DNA of 64,000 bases from Olavius algarvensis Delta 4 endosymbiont (GTDB lineage: Bacteria > Desulfobacterota > Desulfobacteria > Desulfobacterales > CAJINA01). Below, piece after piece: positions 8,351 through 18,110 of the stretch (positions within the stretch are counted from its first letter, which is position 1; each line of letters begins with the position of its first letter). The stretch is from positions 276 to 64,275 of the forward strand of contig CAJINA010000008.1 in NCBI GenBank assembly GCA_905176665.1. Reading direction: 5' to 3'. The position numbers were made by a program, and so were the translations under genes. A model generated the notes under the pieces. It worked only from the letters and a program-made list of their open reading frames with translations, ran no database searches and was not told the DNA's origin.

Positions 8351-10528
8351 GTGACGGAAACACGCCCGACATTCAGCGAATCGTGGTACCGGGTTGCCAA
8401 CTTGACCCCGCGGCTGCTCCCTGCGGTAAACGTACACCGTCAGCACTTTCGGGGCGCCCTGTGGTACGTTCTGCAAAATCCGGCCAACAACGAATACTTT
8501 CGGCTCAACGACGGGGCCTATCATTTTGCAGCGATACTCGATGGGCGTCGAACTGTGAACCAGGTTTGGCGGCTGTCCTTGGAAGCGTTCGGCGACGCCG
8601 CACCGACCCAGGGCGAAGTCGTCGATCTTCTGACCCGGCTTTATGCGGCCAACCTGCTCCAGGGCGATGTGGCCCCGGACGCAGAAGCGCTGTTTAAGCG
8701 GCGCCAGATTCGAATGTGGCGCGAAGTAAAGGGGTTTTTGCGAAATTTTCTCTTTATCCGGATTCCCCTGTGGGATCCGGATCGATTCCTCGACCGGTGG
8801 GTTCCGGTTTTCGGAAAACTCTTCACGGGGTATGGATTCTTCCTGTGGGGCGTCATCATCGTGGCGGGATTGTGGGTGGTCGGCGGCCACACGCAAGATC
8901 TTACCCGGCAGGCCGCGGGCGTCCTGAACCCGCATAACCTGCCGTGGTTGTACCTGGCGCTCGTCATACTCAAAACTTTTCACGAAATGGGTCATGCCTT
9001 TGCCTGTAAGCATTTCGGAAAACTGACGGGTTCCGGAGGAGAGGTACACCAGATGGGTGTGACCTTGCTTGTCTTCACCCCGCTGCCCTATGTGGAAGCG
9101 TCCAGCGCCTGGGCGGTACGCAGTAAATGGCATCGGATCGTCATCGGGGCCAGCGGTATGCTGGTCGAACTGGCCATTGCGGCGGTCGCCGCCATCGTCT
9201 GGACCCTTACTGCCGAGGGGACCACATTACATGCCATCACCTACAATGTAATGTTCATCGCCAGCGTTTCCACCGTGGTTTTTAATGGTAACCCGTTTTT
9301 GCGCTACGACGCCTATTACATCCTGCTGGATCTTATCGAAATCCCAAACCTCGATTCCCGGTCAAAAGCCTACCTTGCCTTCCTGGCCAAACGCAATCTA
9401 TGGGGCCTCATAGGTGCCCATGATCCGAGCCATACGCCGGGAGAAAGGATATGGCTCGTGATCTACGCCGTTGCGGCCATGATCGTACGGATAGCCGTAT
9501 CCGCAGGGATCGTGATCTTCCTGGGAAGCCGGTTCTTTCTGCTCGGCATTGGCGTTGGGATCTTTATGGTGACCACTTGGTTATTGCTTCCCCTGGGGAA
9601 CCTGCTGCGGTACCTGGTGACCGCTCCCGAACTGTCTCGGGGGAGATCGCGGGCGGTCATGACGACCTTCGCTGCCGGGTTGCTTTTTATAGCAGTCGCG
9701 GGCTTTTTTCCGGTGCCGGATCGTTTTCGCATAGAGGGCGTAGTGGAGCCGGTCAGCTACGCTGTCCTCCATATGCGAACTGACGGATTCGTCGAAGATT
9801 TTTTAACTTCCGGCCGGCAGACCGGTCCCCAAGGTCCCGTCCTCATTGCGGCCGCATCACCGTTTCTGGCGAGTCGGCGAGACCTGCTCGCGGCCGAACT
9901 GCGCCGACTTCAAATTGAACGACAACAGGCCCGATCCCAGGAGCCGGCCGCGGTCCAGATTATCGAAGAGAAGCTGGCCGCGCTCAGAGAGCAAATTGAA
10001 CGCAACCGGGAAGAGATGGCGGATCTGATACTGCCCGCTCCCATCAGGGGCACATGGGTGGCCCCGGATATCGATCGCGTAAGGGGGCGGTACCTGAAAC
10101 AGGGGGAGCGTATCGGGACCGTTGCGGATCTGGACAGGGTGCGCATCCGGGCGGTGGCCGGCCAGACAGTCGCCACCCAGATGATCCGTGAAGCCCGCCC
10201 GGCCGTCGAAATCCGGGTCAAAGGACAGCCGGACAGATCGCTGCGCGGCCATATCGAGTCCATCATTCCGGCCGGCCAGGAACGACTCCCCTCGGTGGCA
10301 CTTGGTTTTGCCGGCGGAGGATCGATCCGTACCGCATTGGATGACCCGGAAGGGCGTCAAACGGCCGAACCGTTTTTTGAGATTCTCGTGGCCCCGGAAA
10401 TACCGGGAAACAAGCGTCTGATGCCGGGCCAGAGTATGGTGCTGCGCATTGATTCCTTCCCGAAGCCGATGTTCGTGCAAGTCTATAAAGCGTTTTTGCA
10501 GCTATTTCAAAGGAGGTTCCAGACCTGA
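8351..10528 (+). CDS. PqqD/RRE-like + site-2 protease (M50) + HlyD-like adaptor fusion membrane protein
   Basis: GTG start. N-terminal YVLQNP..YFRL..LDGRRTV winged-helix-like segment, FHEMGH zinc motif, NGNPFLRYD, multiple TMs, C-terminal coiled coil and LPAPIRG lipoyl-like part. Confidence 0.88.
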   Translation: MTETRPTFSESWYRVANLTPRLLPAVNVHRQHFRGALWYVLQNPANNEYFRLNDGAYHFAAILDGRRTVNQVWRLSLEAFGDAAPTQGEVVDLLTRLYAANLLQGDVAPDAEALFKRRQIRMWREVKGFLRNFLFIRIPLWDPDRFLDRWVPVFGKLFTGYGFFLWGVIIVAGLWVVGGHTQDLTRQAAGVLNPHNLPWLYLALVILKTFHEMGHAFACKHFGKLTGSGGEVHQMGVTLLVFTPLPYVEASSAWAVRSKWHRIVIGASGMLVELAIAAVAAIVWTLTAEGTTLHAITYNVMFIASVSTVVFNGNPFLRYDAYYILLDLIEIPNLDSRSKAYLAFLAKRNLWGLIGAHDPSHTPGERIWLVIYAVAAMIVRIAVSAGIVIFLGSRFFLLGIGVGIFMVTTWLLLPLGNLLRYLVTAPELSRGRSRAVMTTFAAGLLFIAVAGFFPVPDRFRIEGVVEPVSYAVLHMRTDGFVEDFLTSGRQTGPQGPVLIAAASPFLASRRDLLAAELRRLQIERQQARSQEPAAVQIIEEKLAALREQIERNREEMADLILPAPIRGTWVAPDIDRVRGRYLKQGERIGTVADLDRVRIRAVAGQTVATQMIREARPAVEIRVKGQPDRSLRGHIESIIPAGQERLPSVALGFAGGGSIRTALDDPEGRQTAEPFFEILVAPEIPGNKRLMPGQSMVLRIDSFPKPMFVQVYKAFLQLFQRRFQT

Positions 10529-10529
10529 G

Positions 10530-12518
10530 ATGAGTTTCGTCCCGAGTACAACCTGGCGCATGCTTTCCCAGGACCCGCCCCTGCTCGACATTTTGCGGGG
10601 ACTCGACGGTGTGTATCACCGGGCAACGGGCTGCCTGGGGAACGTCTTCCAGGGTCAATCCGTCTTTCTCCGGCGGGCCGAGCATATCGTAGCGCTGGAA
10701 AAACGTTTCGCGCACCTGTCGGACAGCGCTCTTCAGGACCTGCTGGTCGGGTTGCGAGACCGGTTTCGCCGCGGGCGGGAGACCATCGCGGACCTGGATC
10801 AGGCGTTTGCCATCGTGCGCGAGGTCGCCGACCGGACGCTTGGCCTGCGGCCGTACACCGTCCAAGTGGCCTGTGGCCTGGCCATTGAAGCAGGCTGTAT
10901 AGCGGAGATGGCCACCGGTGAAGGCAAAACCCTGGCTGCAACCATGCCTGCCATTGTGGCCGGCTGGCGCAACCGGGGGTGCCACGTCATCACAGCCAAT
11001 GAATACCTGGCCCAGCGGGATGCCGCCTGGATGGCCCCCGTCTATCGGTATTGCGGCGTGACGGTCGGCTGGCTGGAAAATGCCATGTGGCCGGCCGCGC
11101 GAAAACGGGCGTATGACGCCGACATCACCTATGGCACCAGCCAGGAGGTTGCGGCGGACTTCCTGCGCGACCGGCTCGCCCTGGGGCGGATTCGCGGACT
11201 TTCGGCAGCGCTACTGGAACAAATGACGGGTATCCGCCCCGGTCCGGTCGATCGCCTAGTTCAGCGCGGCCTCGGGTGTGCCATCGGCGACGAGGCGGAT
11301 TCAGTTCTGATTGACGAAGCGGTGACACCTTTGTTAATTTCGGGCACGGGTCCGAACCCCGATCAAGAGGTTGCCTATGTGGTAGCTGCACGAGTGGCCG
11401 CAAAGCTGGTTGCCCAGGTCGATTACCAGGAGGATCGCGGTCACCGGGAGGTGGCCCTGACGTCCGCTGGGAAAGCTCGAATTTCGCAACTGGCCAAAGA
11501 CTTCGGGAGTTTCTGGGCGGGTGCCAGACGCCGGGAGGAGCTCGTCGTTCAGGCCCTGATGGCCAAAGCCTTCTTTCTGCGCGACACACACTACGTGGTC
11601 GACAATCAACAGGTGGTCATCGTCGATGAATTTTCAGGAAGGCTCATGCCCGATCGAACCTGGCGTGCAGGCCTCCATCAGGCGATCGAAGCAAAAGAGG
11701 GGCTCGATGTTCAGCTGCCCAGGGAAACCCTGGCCCGGATCAGCTTTCAGCGTTTTTTTGGCCTCTACGCGAAGTTGGCCGGAATGACGGGAACCGCGGC
11801 GGAGGTCCGCAACGAACTCTGGCAGATATACCATCTCCCTGTAGCGGTTATTCCACCCCGACATGTATGTAAACGGTCCCTGCGGCCGGACTGTATATTT
11901 TTAAATGAAGAAGCAAAATGGAGGGCGGTCATCGCTGAAATCCGCAGCGAGCACGAGATCGGGCGCCCGGTCCTGGTGGGGACACGCAGCGTGGAAGCCA
12001 GCGAGTCCCTCAGCCGGCGATTAACCGCTGCAAACCTGGACCATGCGGTTCTCAATGCCGTCCGGCATGACGCCGAGGCGCAGATCATTGCCGGCGCCGG
12101 CCGGAGCGGACGCATTACCGTCGCAACGAACATGGCCGGCAGAGGGACCGATATCCGGCTGGGTCAGCATGTTGCTGCGCTGGGGGGATTGCATGTGGTT
12201 GCCACGGAGCGCCACGAGGCCCGCCGGATCGACCGGCAATTATTTGGCCGCTGCGCCCGCCAGGGCGATCCCGGCAGCGCCCGGGCTTTTGTGAGCCTGG
12301 ATGACGAATTGCTGCAACGGTACGCGCCGCCGGTCTGGAAAAAATCGTCGTCCGTTGCTGGAGAAGGCGCCCGGGAAATTACTTCCGTTTTTTCCCGTCG
12401 ACGGGTCGCACTGGCTCAGCGTCGCGCCGAGCGGGTCGCTTTTCGCCGTCGTAAAGAAGTACTGCACGCAGACCATTGGCTCGACGAACACCTGGGGTTT
12501 ACGCTCAAAGAAATTTAA
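10530..12518 (+). CDS. SecA-like (SecA_DEAD) ATPase paralogue, lacking the C-terminal scaffold/wing/zinc-tail region
   Basis: ATG 10530 after AGGAGG (10511-16). EMATGEGKT, NEYLAQRDA, DEADSVLIDEA, GMTGTA, TNMAGRGTDI, RRIDRQLFGRCARQGDPG. Only ~662 aa. Confidence 0.92.
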   Translation: MSFVPSTTWRMLSQDPPLLDILRGLDGVYHRATGCLGNVFQGQSVFLRRAEHIVALEKRFAHLSDSALQDLLVGLRDRFRRGRETIADLDQAFAIVREVADRTLGLRPYTVQVACGLAIEAGCIAEMATGEGKTLAATMPAIVAGWRNRGCHVITANEYLAQRDAAWMAPVYRYCGVTVGWLENAMWPAARKRAYDADITYGTSQEVAADFLRDRLALGRIRGLSAALLEQMTGIRPGPVDRLVQRGLGCAIGDEADSVLIDEAVTPLLISGTGPNPDQEVAYVVAARVAAKLVAQVDYQEDRGHREVALTSAGKARISQLAKDFGSFWAGARRREELVVQALMAKAFFLRDTHYVVDNQQVVIVDEFSGRLMPDRTWRAGLHQAIEAKEGLDVQLPRETLARISFQRFFGLYAKLAGMTGTAAEVRNELWQIYHLPVAVIPPRHVCKRSLRPDCIFLNEEAKWRAVIAEIRSEHEIGRPVLVGTRSVEASESLSRRLTAANLDHAVLNAVRHDAEAQIIAGAGRSGRITVATNMAGRGTDIRLGQHVAALGGLHVVATERHEARRIDRQLFGRCARQGDPGSARAFVSLDDELLQRYAPPVWKKSSSVAGEGAREITSVFSRRRVALAQRRAERVAFRRRKEVLHADHWLDEHLGFTLKEI

Positions 12519-12519
12519 T

Positions 12520-12634
12520 TAGAGGCTGTCTCAAAATAGAATTTTGGTTACGGCCCCGTCTTTGCTTTCCAAGCTGCGCCGGACAAGACGCCGGACAGGC
12601 AAGGCGGTAACAAGGCCTTTATTGAGATAGTCTA
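12520..12634. mobile_element. Miniature inverted-repeat element, family A (degenerate)
   Basis: tagaggctgtctcaa ... ttgagatagtcta termini match the other family A copies. Confidence 0.6.
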
Positions 12635-12660
12635 GAGGCCCTATCGAAAGGTTTAACATC

Positions 12661-14727
12661 ATGATTAAACGCTATGTTTCAGGGGTTGCCGCCGTTCTTT
12701 TTCTTTTCATTATCGTCTCAGCTGCCGGGGGAGAGACCTACCAGCCGGTCCTGGACAACTTGAAAGGTCAGGAGTGGAAGTATCGCGACACCAAAGGGGA
12801 GATCCATCTCGGCAAGGTTGCGACCCTGCGCTATCCCGCCTATTCGGTCGCGGCAAATAAACGCTACCGGACGCTCCTCGAGCAGTTGTCCGAGGCATTG
12901 AAAATAACGGCCAGAAAAGATTATAAGATCGTGTTAAGGGGATATACCGACAGCAGTGGATCGCCGTTGGCCAACCAGCGCATCTCCCTGAAACGCGCAC
13001 AAGCCCTGAAAGATTTGCTGACACAGGATCCCGCCATGGCCCTCCAGGCAGGCAGGATTCAAGTCGAGGGACCCGGCTCGGCTGACCCGGTGGCCTCCAA
13101 TCAGACTACAGAGGGACGGGAGCGTAATCGCCGGGTTGAAATCCACATTTACGGCAATGTGAGTGAGGCGGTCAGGACGATCGCTACGGCCACACCCGCC
13201 ACCGTCTCTGAAGCCGTCAAAAAGGAAAGGCCGATTGCCGGCGACGTAACATCGGCCCCATCCGCACGGCCTTTGCCAACCTCAGAGGGTGCACCACCGC
13301 CGGGATCAAAGATCGTGCGCCTGTCTCTTTTCGATGCCATCCGCCACGGTCTTGAAGAAAACCAGGAGATTCGGGTTGTCGCCTTTACCCCGCAGCAGGC
13401 TCAGGAAGGCCTGGCAGATGCCGAATCGGTTTTCGATCCCGAATTTTTTACCGAGGGGACGTTCCGGCGGGACCCGAATCTGCAATCGAGCGTAACCCGG
13501 GTGGTTATGGAAGATGACAGCCTCGTGCAAACGGGAATTCGAAAGCCCCTCGGTACCGGCGGCAGCGTATCCGGTGCACTGGCAGCGAATTATGGGGATT
13601 TGATCAACGCCGAATTTGATCGAACGTACCGATACACTTTCGCCCCGACCTTTGAAATCAGGCAGCCCTTGCTAAAAAATATCGGCGGCCGGGAGGAAAA
13701 AGCCGCCATCAAGATTGCCAACTATCAAGTCGGCATCTCGAAAGAGGCGTTTCGGCGGAAAGTGATCGACATTGCCACCCGTATCTCCAAATCCTACTGG
13801 CAGCTATACCTGCTCCGGGATTATGTGGTCATCGACCGGCAGAATTTCGAAATGGCCGATGAGGTTTTCCGACGGGAAACCGTCCGGGTCATGCAAGGCC
13901 TCTCGCAGCAGCTCGATGTCGAGCGGGCCCGCAGCCGGGCCGAAAGCCGGCGGGGAAACCTGATTAAATCCAAAGAGCGCCTCCGGGTGGGTATGGACCA
14001 GCTGAAACTCTTGATCAACTGGTCGAACTTAACTATCGACTCGGATGCAACGATTGCGCCCACCGATGAGCCGCATATGGAATATCTGGATGTGAAGGAA
14101 GCCGAAGTTATTGAAAAGGCGTTTTTGTATCGTCCGGAACTGTTGCAGGCCAAACAACGCGTGAGCATCCGCAGGGTTGAAGAAGAACTGACTGACCACC
14201 TTAAATTGCCGACCCTGGATCTGTTCGGGCGCTATGCCGTCAGCGGATACGGCCGGGAGTTTTCGACCGCAGTTGACAATACGGCCTTCAACGATGAGGA
14301 TGCCTGGGCCGCCGGATTGAACTTTGAATATCCGATCGGCAACCGATCGAACGCGGCCAAGGCCCGCCGGAAAAAACTCGAGCGCCGTCAGTCGGAAGAA
14401 CAGGTCGCCCGGTTGAGAAACCAAATCAAGCAGGAGGTCAAGGCGGTGCTCCTCGCGATCGATTACGCCAGAGGTGAAATCAAGTCCACGCAGATAGCGC
14501 AAGAATCCGCCCGGAATGTGGTCGAAGGTGAATTCACCCGGTTTGATATCGGCCAGACAACCAACGTGGAACTTTTGCGGGCCCAGGACCTGTACGCCGC
14601 CACCAGCCGCAGTTTCACCCGGGCGATTGTGGATTACAATATTGCCCTGGCGGAGCTCAAAAGGGTCCAGGGCGAGCTGCCCCAGGGGTTGTCGATCGAG
14701 GAGCTTGAAGGGCAGGCCGGAAATTGA
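12661..14727 (+). CDS. OmpA-like peptidoglycan-binding domain fused to TolC family outer-membrane channel
   Basis: Signal peptide; GYTDSSG..NQRISLKRA..NRRVEI (OmpA_C); LSLFDAIRHGLEEN, QPLLKN, RPELLQA, LPTLDL (OEP repeats). Confidence 0.9.
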   Translation: MIKRYVSGVAAVLFLFIIVSAAGGETYQPVLDNLKGQEWKYRDTKGEIHLGKVATLRYPAYSVAANKRYRTLLEQLSEALKITARKDYKIVLRGYTDSSGSPLANQRISLKRAQALKDLLTQDPAMALQAGRIQVEGPGSADPVASNQTTEGRERNRRVEIHIYGNVSEAVRTIATATPATVSEAVKKERPIAGDVTSAPSARPLPTSEGAPPPGSKIVRLSLFDAIRHGLEENQEIRVVAFTPQQAQEGLADAESVFDPEFFTEGTFRRDPNLQSSVTRVVMEDDSLVQTGIRKPLGTGGSVSGALAANYGDLINAEFDRTYRYTFAPTFEIRQPLLKNIGGREEKAAIKIANYQVGISKEAFRRKVIDIATRISKSYWQLYLLRDYVVIDRQNFEMADEVFRRETVRVMQGLSQQLDVERARSRAESRRGNLIKSKERLRVGMDQLKLLINWSNLTIDSDATIAPTDEPHMEYLDVKEAEVIEKAFLYRPELLQAKQRVSIRRVEEELTDHLKLPTLDLFGRYAVSGYGREFSTAVDNTAFNDEDAWAAGLNFEYPIGNRSNAAKARRKKLERRQSEEQVARLRNQIKQEVKAVLLAIDYARGEIKSTQIAQESARNVVEGEFTRFDIGQTTNVELLRAQDLYAATSRSFTRAIVDYNIALAELKRVQGELPQGLSIEELEGQAGN

Positions 14728-14750
14728 CAAACCACCGCGGCTCATCTATA

Positions 14751-14898
14751 GCTATAACCTATCTCTAAAAAGTCTTTTGGCCAAACTCGGCGTTGGGCGC
14801 TCGGTTCAAGTTCTCAAGATACTCGAGTATTCCTCCGGGTTAAACCACGCGGCCGCCTTGATTTTGGACCAAAATCCGTTTTTGAGATAGGTTATAGC
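14751..14898. mobile_element. Miniature inverted-repeat element, family A
   Basis: Perfect 15-bp terminal inverted repeats gctataacctatctc/gagataggttatagc. Internal sequence matches 22389-22584 in reverse. Confidence 0.85.
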
Positions 14899-14996
14899 CT
14901 GTTTCCGCGATCAGTTTATTGAGTGGTAGGTCGATACCGTAAATAGAACCTGACTGCCATCGTACTCGTCTGGACGACCGGTTACCCGGAGTTGCC

Positions 14997-15218
14997 ATGG
15001 ATAAAAAAAACAGAAAAAGCATGCAACTGGTCGGTGTATTCTTCCTGGGATGCGTGCTGTTCAACTATCCGATCATTACACTTTTCAACATTGACAAATT
15101 CGTACTGGGGCTTCCCTTGCTGTACATCTGTCTCTTCGGCAGCTGGGCGGTACTCATTGTCCTTATCCTGCTGATCATGGAAACCGGCCGGAAGCAGGAA
15201 AAATCCAATTCCCGATGA
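14997..15218 (+). CDS. Small two-TM membrane protein, likely partner of the downstream solute-symporter kinase
   Basis: 73 aa, two hydrophobic segments, GGAG before ATG, directly upstream of an SLC5-domain gene. Confidence 0.75.
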   Translation: MDKKNRKSMQLVGVFFLGCVLFNYPIITLFNIDKFVLGLPLLYICLFGSWAVLIVLILLIMETGRKQEKSNSR

Positions 15219-15260
15219 CCCTTACCGGCATTACAGTTAGCGCAGCCCGCGAGATAATCT

Positions 15261-18005
15261 ATGCTTGAAACCGGCGTCATTCTGCTGCTTTCCCTGATGT
15301 ACCTGACCCTGCTATTCGCGATAGCAACCTGGGGTGATCAGCGGGCCGACGAAGGGCGCAGCCTGATCAGCAATCCTTACATCTACGCCCTCTCACTGGC
15401 GGTGTATTGCACGGCCTGGACCTTTTACGGCAGTGTCGGGATGGCGGTCAGTTCCGGACCGCTGTTTTTGACTACCTACATCGGTCCTACCCTCATGGCG
15501 ACCCTGGGTTGGCTGGTTATCAAGAAAATCCTGCGCATCAGCCGGATCCACCGGATCACCTCCATTGCCGATTTTATTTCTTCACGGTACGGCAAAAGCC
15601 AGGTCCTGGGCGGCATGGTAACCGTCATCGCCGTATTGGGCATCATCCCTTACATTTCCCTGCAGTTGAAGGCGGTTTCCACCGGATACCTGTTGATCCA
15701 GCAATATCCGATCATATACGGCCCCACCCATTTTTCGGATATTCCCGTTCTGCAGGACACGGCCTTCTATATTGCCCTTATTCTGGCCGTCTTTGCCATC
15801 CTGTTCGGCACCCGTCACCTGGAAACAACCGAGCGTCACGAAGGCATGGTGGCGGCCATTGCCTTCGAATCCATCGTGAAACTGGTGGCCTTTCTGTCGG
15901 TGGGGCTTTTTGTGGTGTACGGCCTGAACGACGGGATTGCCGACATTTTTACCCGGGCGCGTAACATGCCCGAACTGCAGCAGGTCTTTTCGTTCGACAA
16001 CTACACCATGAACTATTCCGACTGGTTTCTCTTTACGTTTCTGTCCATGATGGCAGTCATTTTTCTGCCGCGGCAGTTTCAGGTAACTGTGGTGGAAAAC
16101 GTCAATGAGGACCATCTCAACAAAGCCATCTGGTTGTTCCCCCTGTACCTGCTGGTGATCAACCTGTTCGTAATACCCATTGCCCTGGCCGGGGTACTCC
16201 AGTTTCCGGGGGGCAACTATGAGGCGGACACCTTTGTGCTCTCCTTGCCCATGGCCGGCAATCAGGAGGAACTGGCGCTCTTTGTCTTTATCGGCGGTAT
16301 GTCCGCTGCAACCGGGATGGTCATCGTGGAAACGGTGGCCCTGTCCACCATGATCTGCAATGACCTGGTCATGCCGATTGTGCTGCGGGTTTCGTTTATC
16401 GGTATCGATCATCGGCGCGATCTCTCCCGGCTGCTGCTCTCGATCCGGCGCGGCAGCATCATCGTCGTACTGCTGCTGGGATATGCCTACTTCCGGCTTG
16501 TCGGTGAATTCTACGCCCTGGTTTCCCTCGGTATGGTCTCCTTCGCCGCGGTGGCTCAATTTGTACCGGCCATGCTCGGCGGTATTTTCTGGAAGGGAGC
16601 GAACCGAACCGGTGCCTTCTACGGTCTCCTGGCCGGTTTTTCTGTCTGGGCTTATACCCTGGTGCTGCCTACCCTGGTTCAGGCCGGTATCCTGGACAAG
16701 AGCCTGGTCACCGAGGGACCGTTCGGGATTGGTTTTCTGAAACCATTTGAACTTTTCGGCTTACAGGGCTTCAGCCATGTTCCCCACGCCGTCTTCTGGA
16801 GCATGCTGGCGAATATCTCGTTTTACATCGGCGGGTCGCTGTTTGGCCGCGCTTCAACCATCGAGCAGACCCAGGCGGCGCTTTTTGTGGACGTTTTTAA
16901 ATTCTCGGGGCTGTCATCCGGGTCGGTCATCCCCCGGGGTACCGCTTCATCCCAGGAGTTGAAATCGATGCTGGAGCGTTTTCTCGGCCGGGAGCGGGCC
17001 ACCAGGGCGACCGAGGAATACCGCCAGTTGAAAGGTGTTGACTGGGAAAGGTCGCCCATTGCCAGCGTCGATATGGTGAGTCACGCCGAGTCCCTGCTCG
17101 CCAGGGCCATCGGAACCTCCTCCGCCCACGTGGTCATCGGGACGATCATCACGGAAGAGCCGGTGCGTATCGATAAAGTGATGGAGATGCTGGATGAAAC
17201 CCGCAAGGTCATCACCTACAGCCGCGAACTGGAACAGGCCACTGCCGATCTGCAGGCAGCCAACGAGCGCCTCGAGGAACTCGACCGGCTCAAGGATGAT
17301 TTCATTTCCACGGTCACCCACGAACTGCGTACGCCCCTGACTTCGGTGCGTTCCCTAGCGGAGATTTTACATGCCACACCTGCCTTAAGCGACCAGAAAC
17401 ACAGGCAATTCACTGCCACTATCATCAAGGAGAGTGAACGCCTGACCCGCCTGGTCAGTCAGGTGCTGGACGTAGAGAAGATCGTGTCCGGGAAGATGCA
17501 GTGGCATCTGGCGCCGGTGAACATCATGCATGTCATCCTGGAGGCGGTTGAATCCACACGACGACTGATCGAGGACAAAAAAATCGAGCTGGCGCTGGAT
17601 CTGGACGACCAACTGCCCACCATCTACGGCGATCACGACCGCCTCATCCAGGTAATGGTGAATCTCATCTCGAACGCGGTGAAGTTCTGCCCCTCCTCGG
17701 ATGGTCTCATGGCCATCACCCTGCGCTCGGATAAAAGCAATATCTGCGTGGATGTCAAAGATAACGGCATCGGTATCAGCAAGAAGGACAGGGTTGCTAT
17801 ATTCGATAAATTCCAGCAGGTTAAAAACTTACGGACCGGCCGGCCGGCCGGGTCCGGGCTGGGACTCACGATTACCAAGCACATCGTGGAGTTTCACAAA
17901 GGCCGGATCTCGGTAAAGAGCAAACCGGGTAAAGGCGCCACCTTCACGTTCACCTTGCCTAAAAAAGAATCTTTGGAAATACACCAGACACCCTATGGTG
18001 TCTAA
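15261..18005 (+). CDS. Sodium:solute symporter (SLC5)-fused sensor histidine kinase (CbrA/CrbS-like)
   Basis: YALSLAVYCTAWTFYGSVG, ITSIADFISSRYGKS, LPRQFQV, then THELRTPL, NLISNAVKF, DNGIGI, GSGLGL. Confidence 0.92.
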   Translation: MLETGVILLLSLMYLTLLFAIATWGDQRADEGRSLISNPYIYALSLAVYCTAWTFYGSVGMAVSSGPLFLTTYIGPTLMATLGWLVIKKILRISRIHRITSIADFISSRYGKSQVLGGMVTVIAVLGIIPYISLQLKAVSTGYLLIQQYPIIYGPTHFSDIPVLQDTAFYIALILAVFAILFGTRHLETTERHEGMVAAIAFESIVKLVAFLSVGLFVVYGLNDGIADIFTRARNMPELQQVFSFDNYTMNYSDWFLFTFLSMMAVIFLPRQFQVTVVENVNEDHLNKAIWLFPLYLLVINLFVIPIALAGVLQFPGGNYEADTFVLSLPMAGNQEELALFVFIGGMSAATGMVIVETVALSTMICNDLVMPIVLRVSFIGIDHRRDLSRLLLSIRRGSIIVVLLLGYAYFRLVGEFYALVSLGMVSFAAVAQFVPAMLGGIFWKGANRTGAFYGLLAGFSVWAYTLVLPTLVQAGILDKSLVTEGPFGIGFLKPFELFGLQGFSHVPHAVFWSMLANISFYIGGSLFGRASTIEQTQAALFVDVFKFSGLSSGSVIPRGTASSQELKSMLERFLGRERATRATEEYRQLKGVDWERSPIASVDMVSHAESLLARAIGTSSAHVVIGTIITEEPVRIDKVMEMLDETRKVITYSRELEQATADLQAANERLEELDRLKDDFISTVTHELRTPLTSVRSLAEILHATPALSDQKHRQFTATIIKESERLTRLVSQVLDVEKIVSGKMQWHLAPVNIMHVILEAVESTRRLIEDKKIELALDLDDQLPTIYGDHDRLIQVMVNLISNAVKFCPSSDGLMAITLRSDKSNICVDVKDNGIGISKKDRVAIFDKFQQVKNLRTGRPAGSGLGLTITKHIVEFHKGRISVKSKPGKGATFTFTLPKKESLEIHQTPYGV

Positions 18006-18084
18006 AAAGGGTTTGAAGGAGTTCAAGGGCCCCTGCGGGTTTAGAAAGAATCTCGAGATAAATGCGCATGCCTCGGAGGGTTTT

Positions 18085-18107
18085 CCTTCAGTCTTCAGCC
18101 TTCGGCC
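18085..18107. repeat. Heptamer (CTTCAGY) short tandem array, family C
   Basis: ccttcagtcttcagccttcggcc between convergent genes. Confidence 0.65.
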
Positions 18108-18110
18108 TTT

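Noticed and set aside
10449-10529. N-terminal extension of the SecA-like ORF from the ORF track
   Set aside because: It overlaps the M50 gene; ATG 10530 has an AGGAGG upstream and is the better start.
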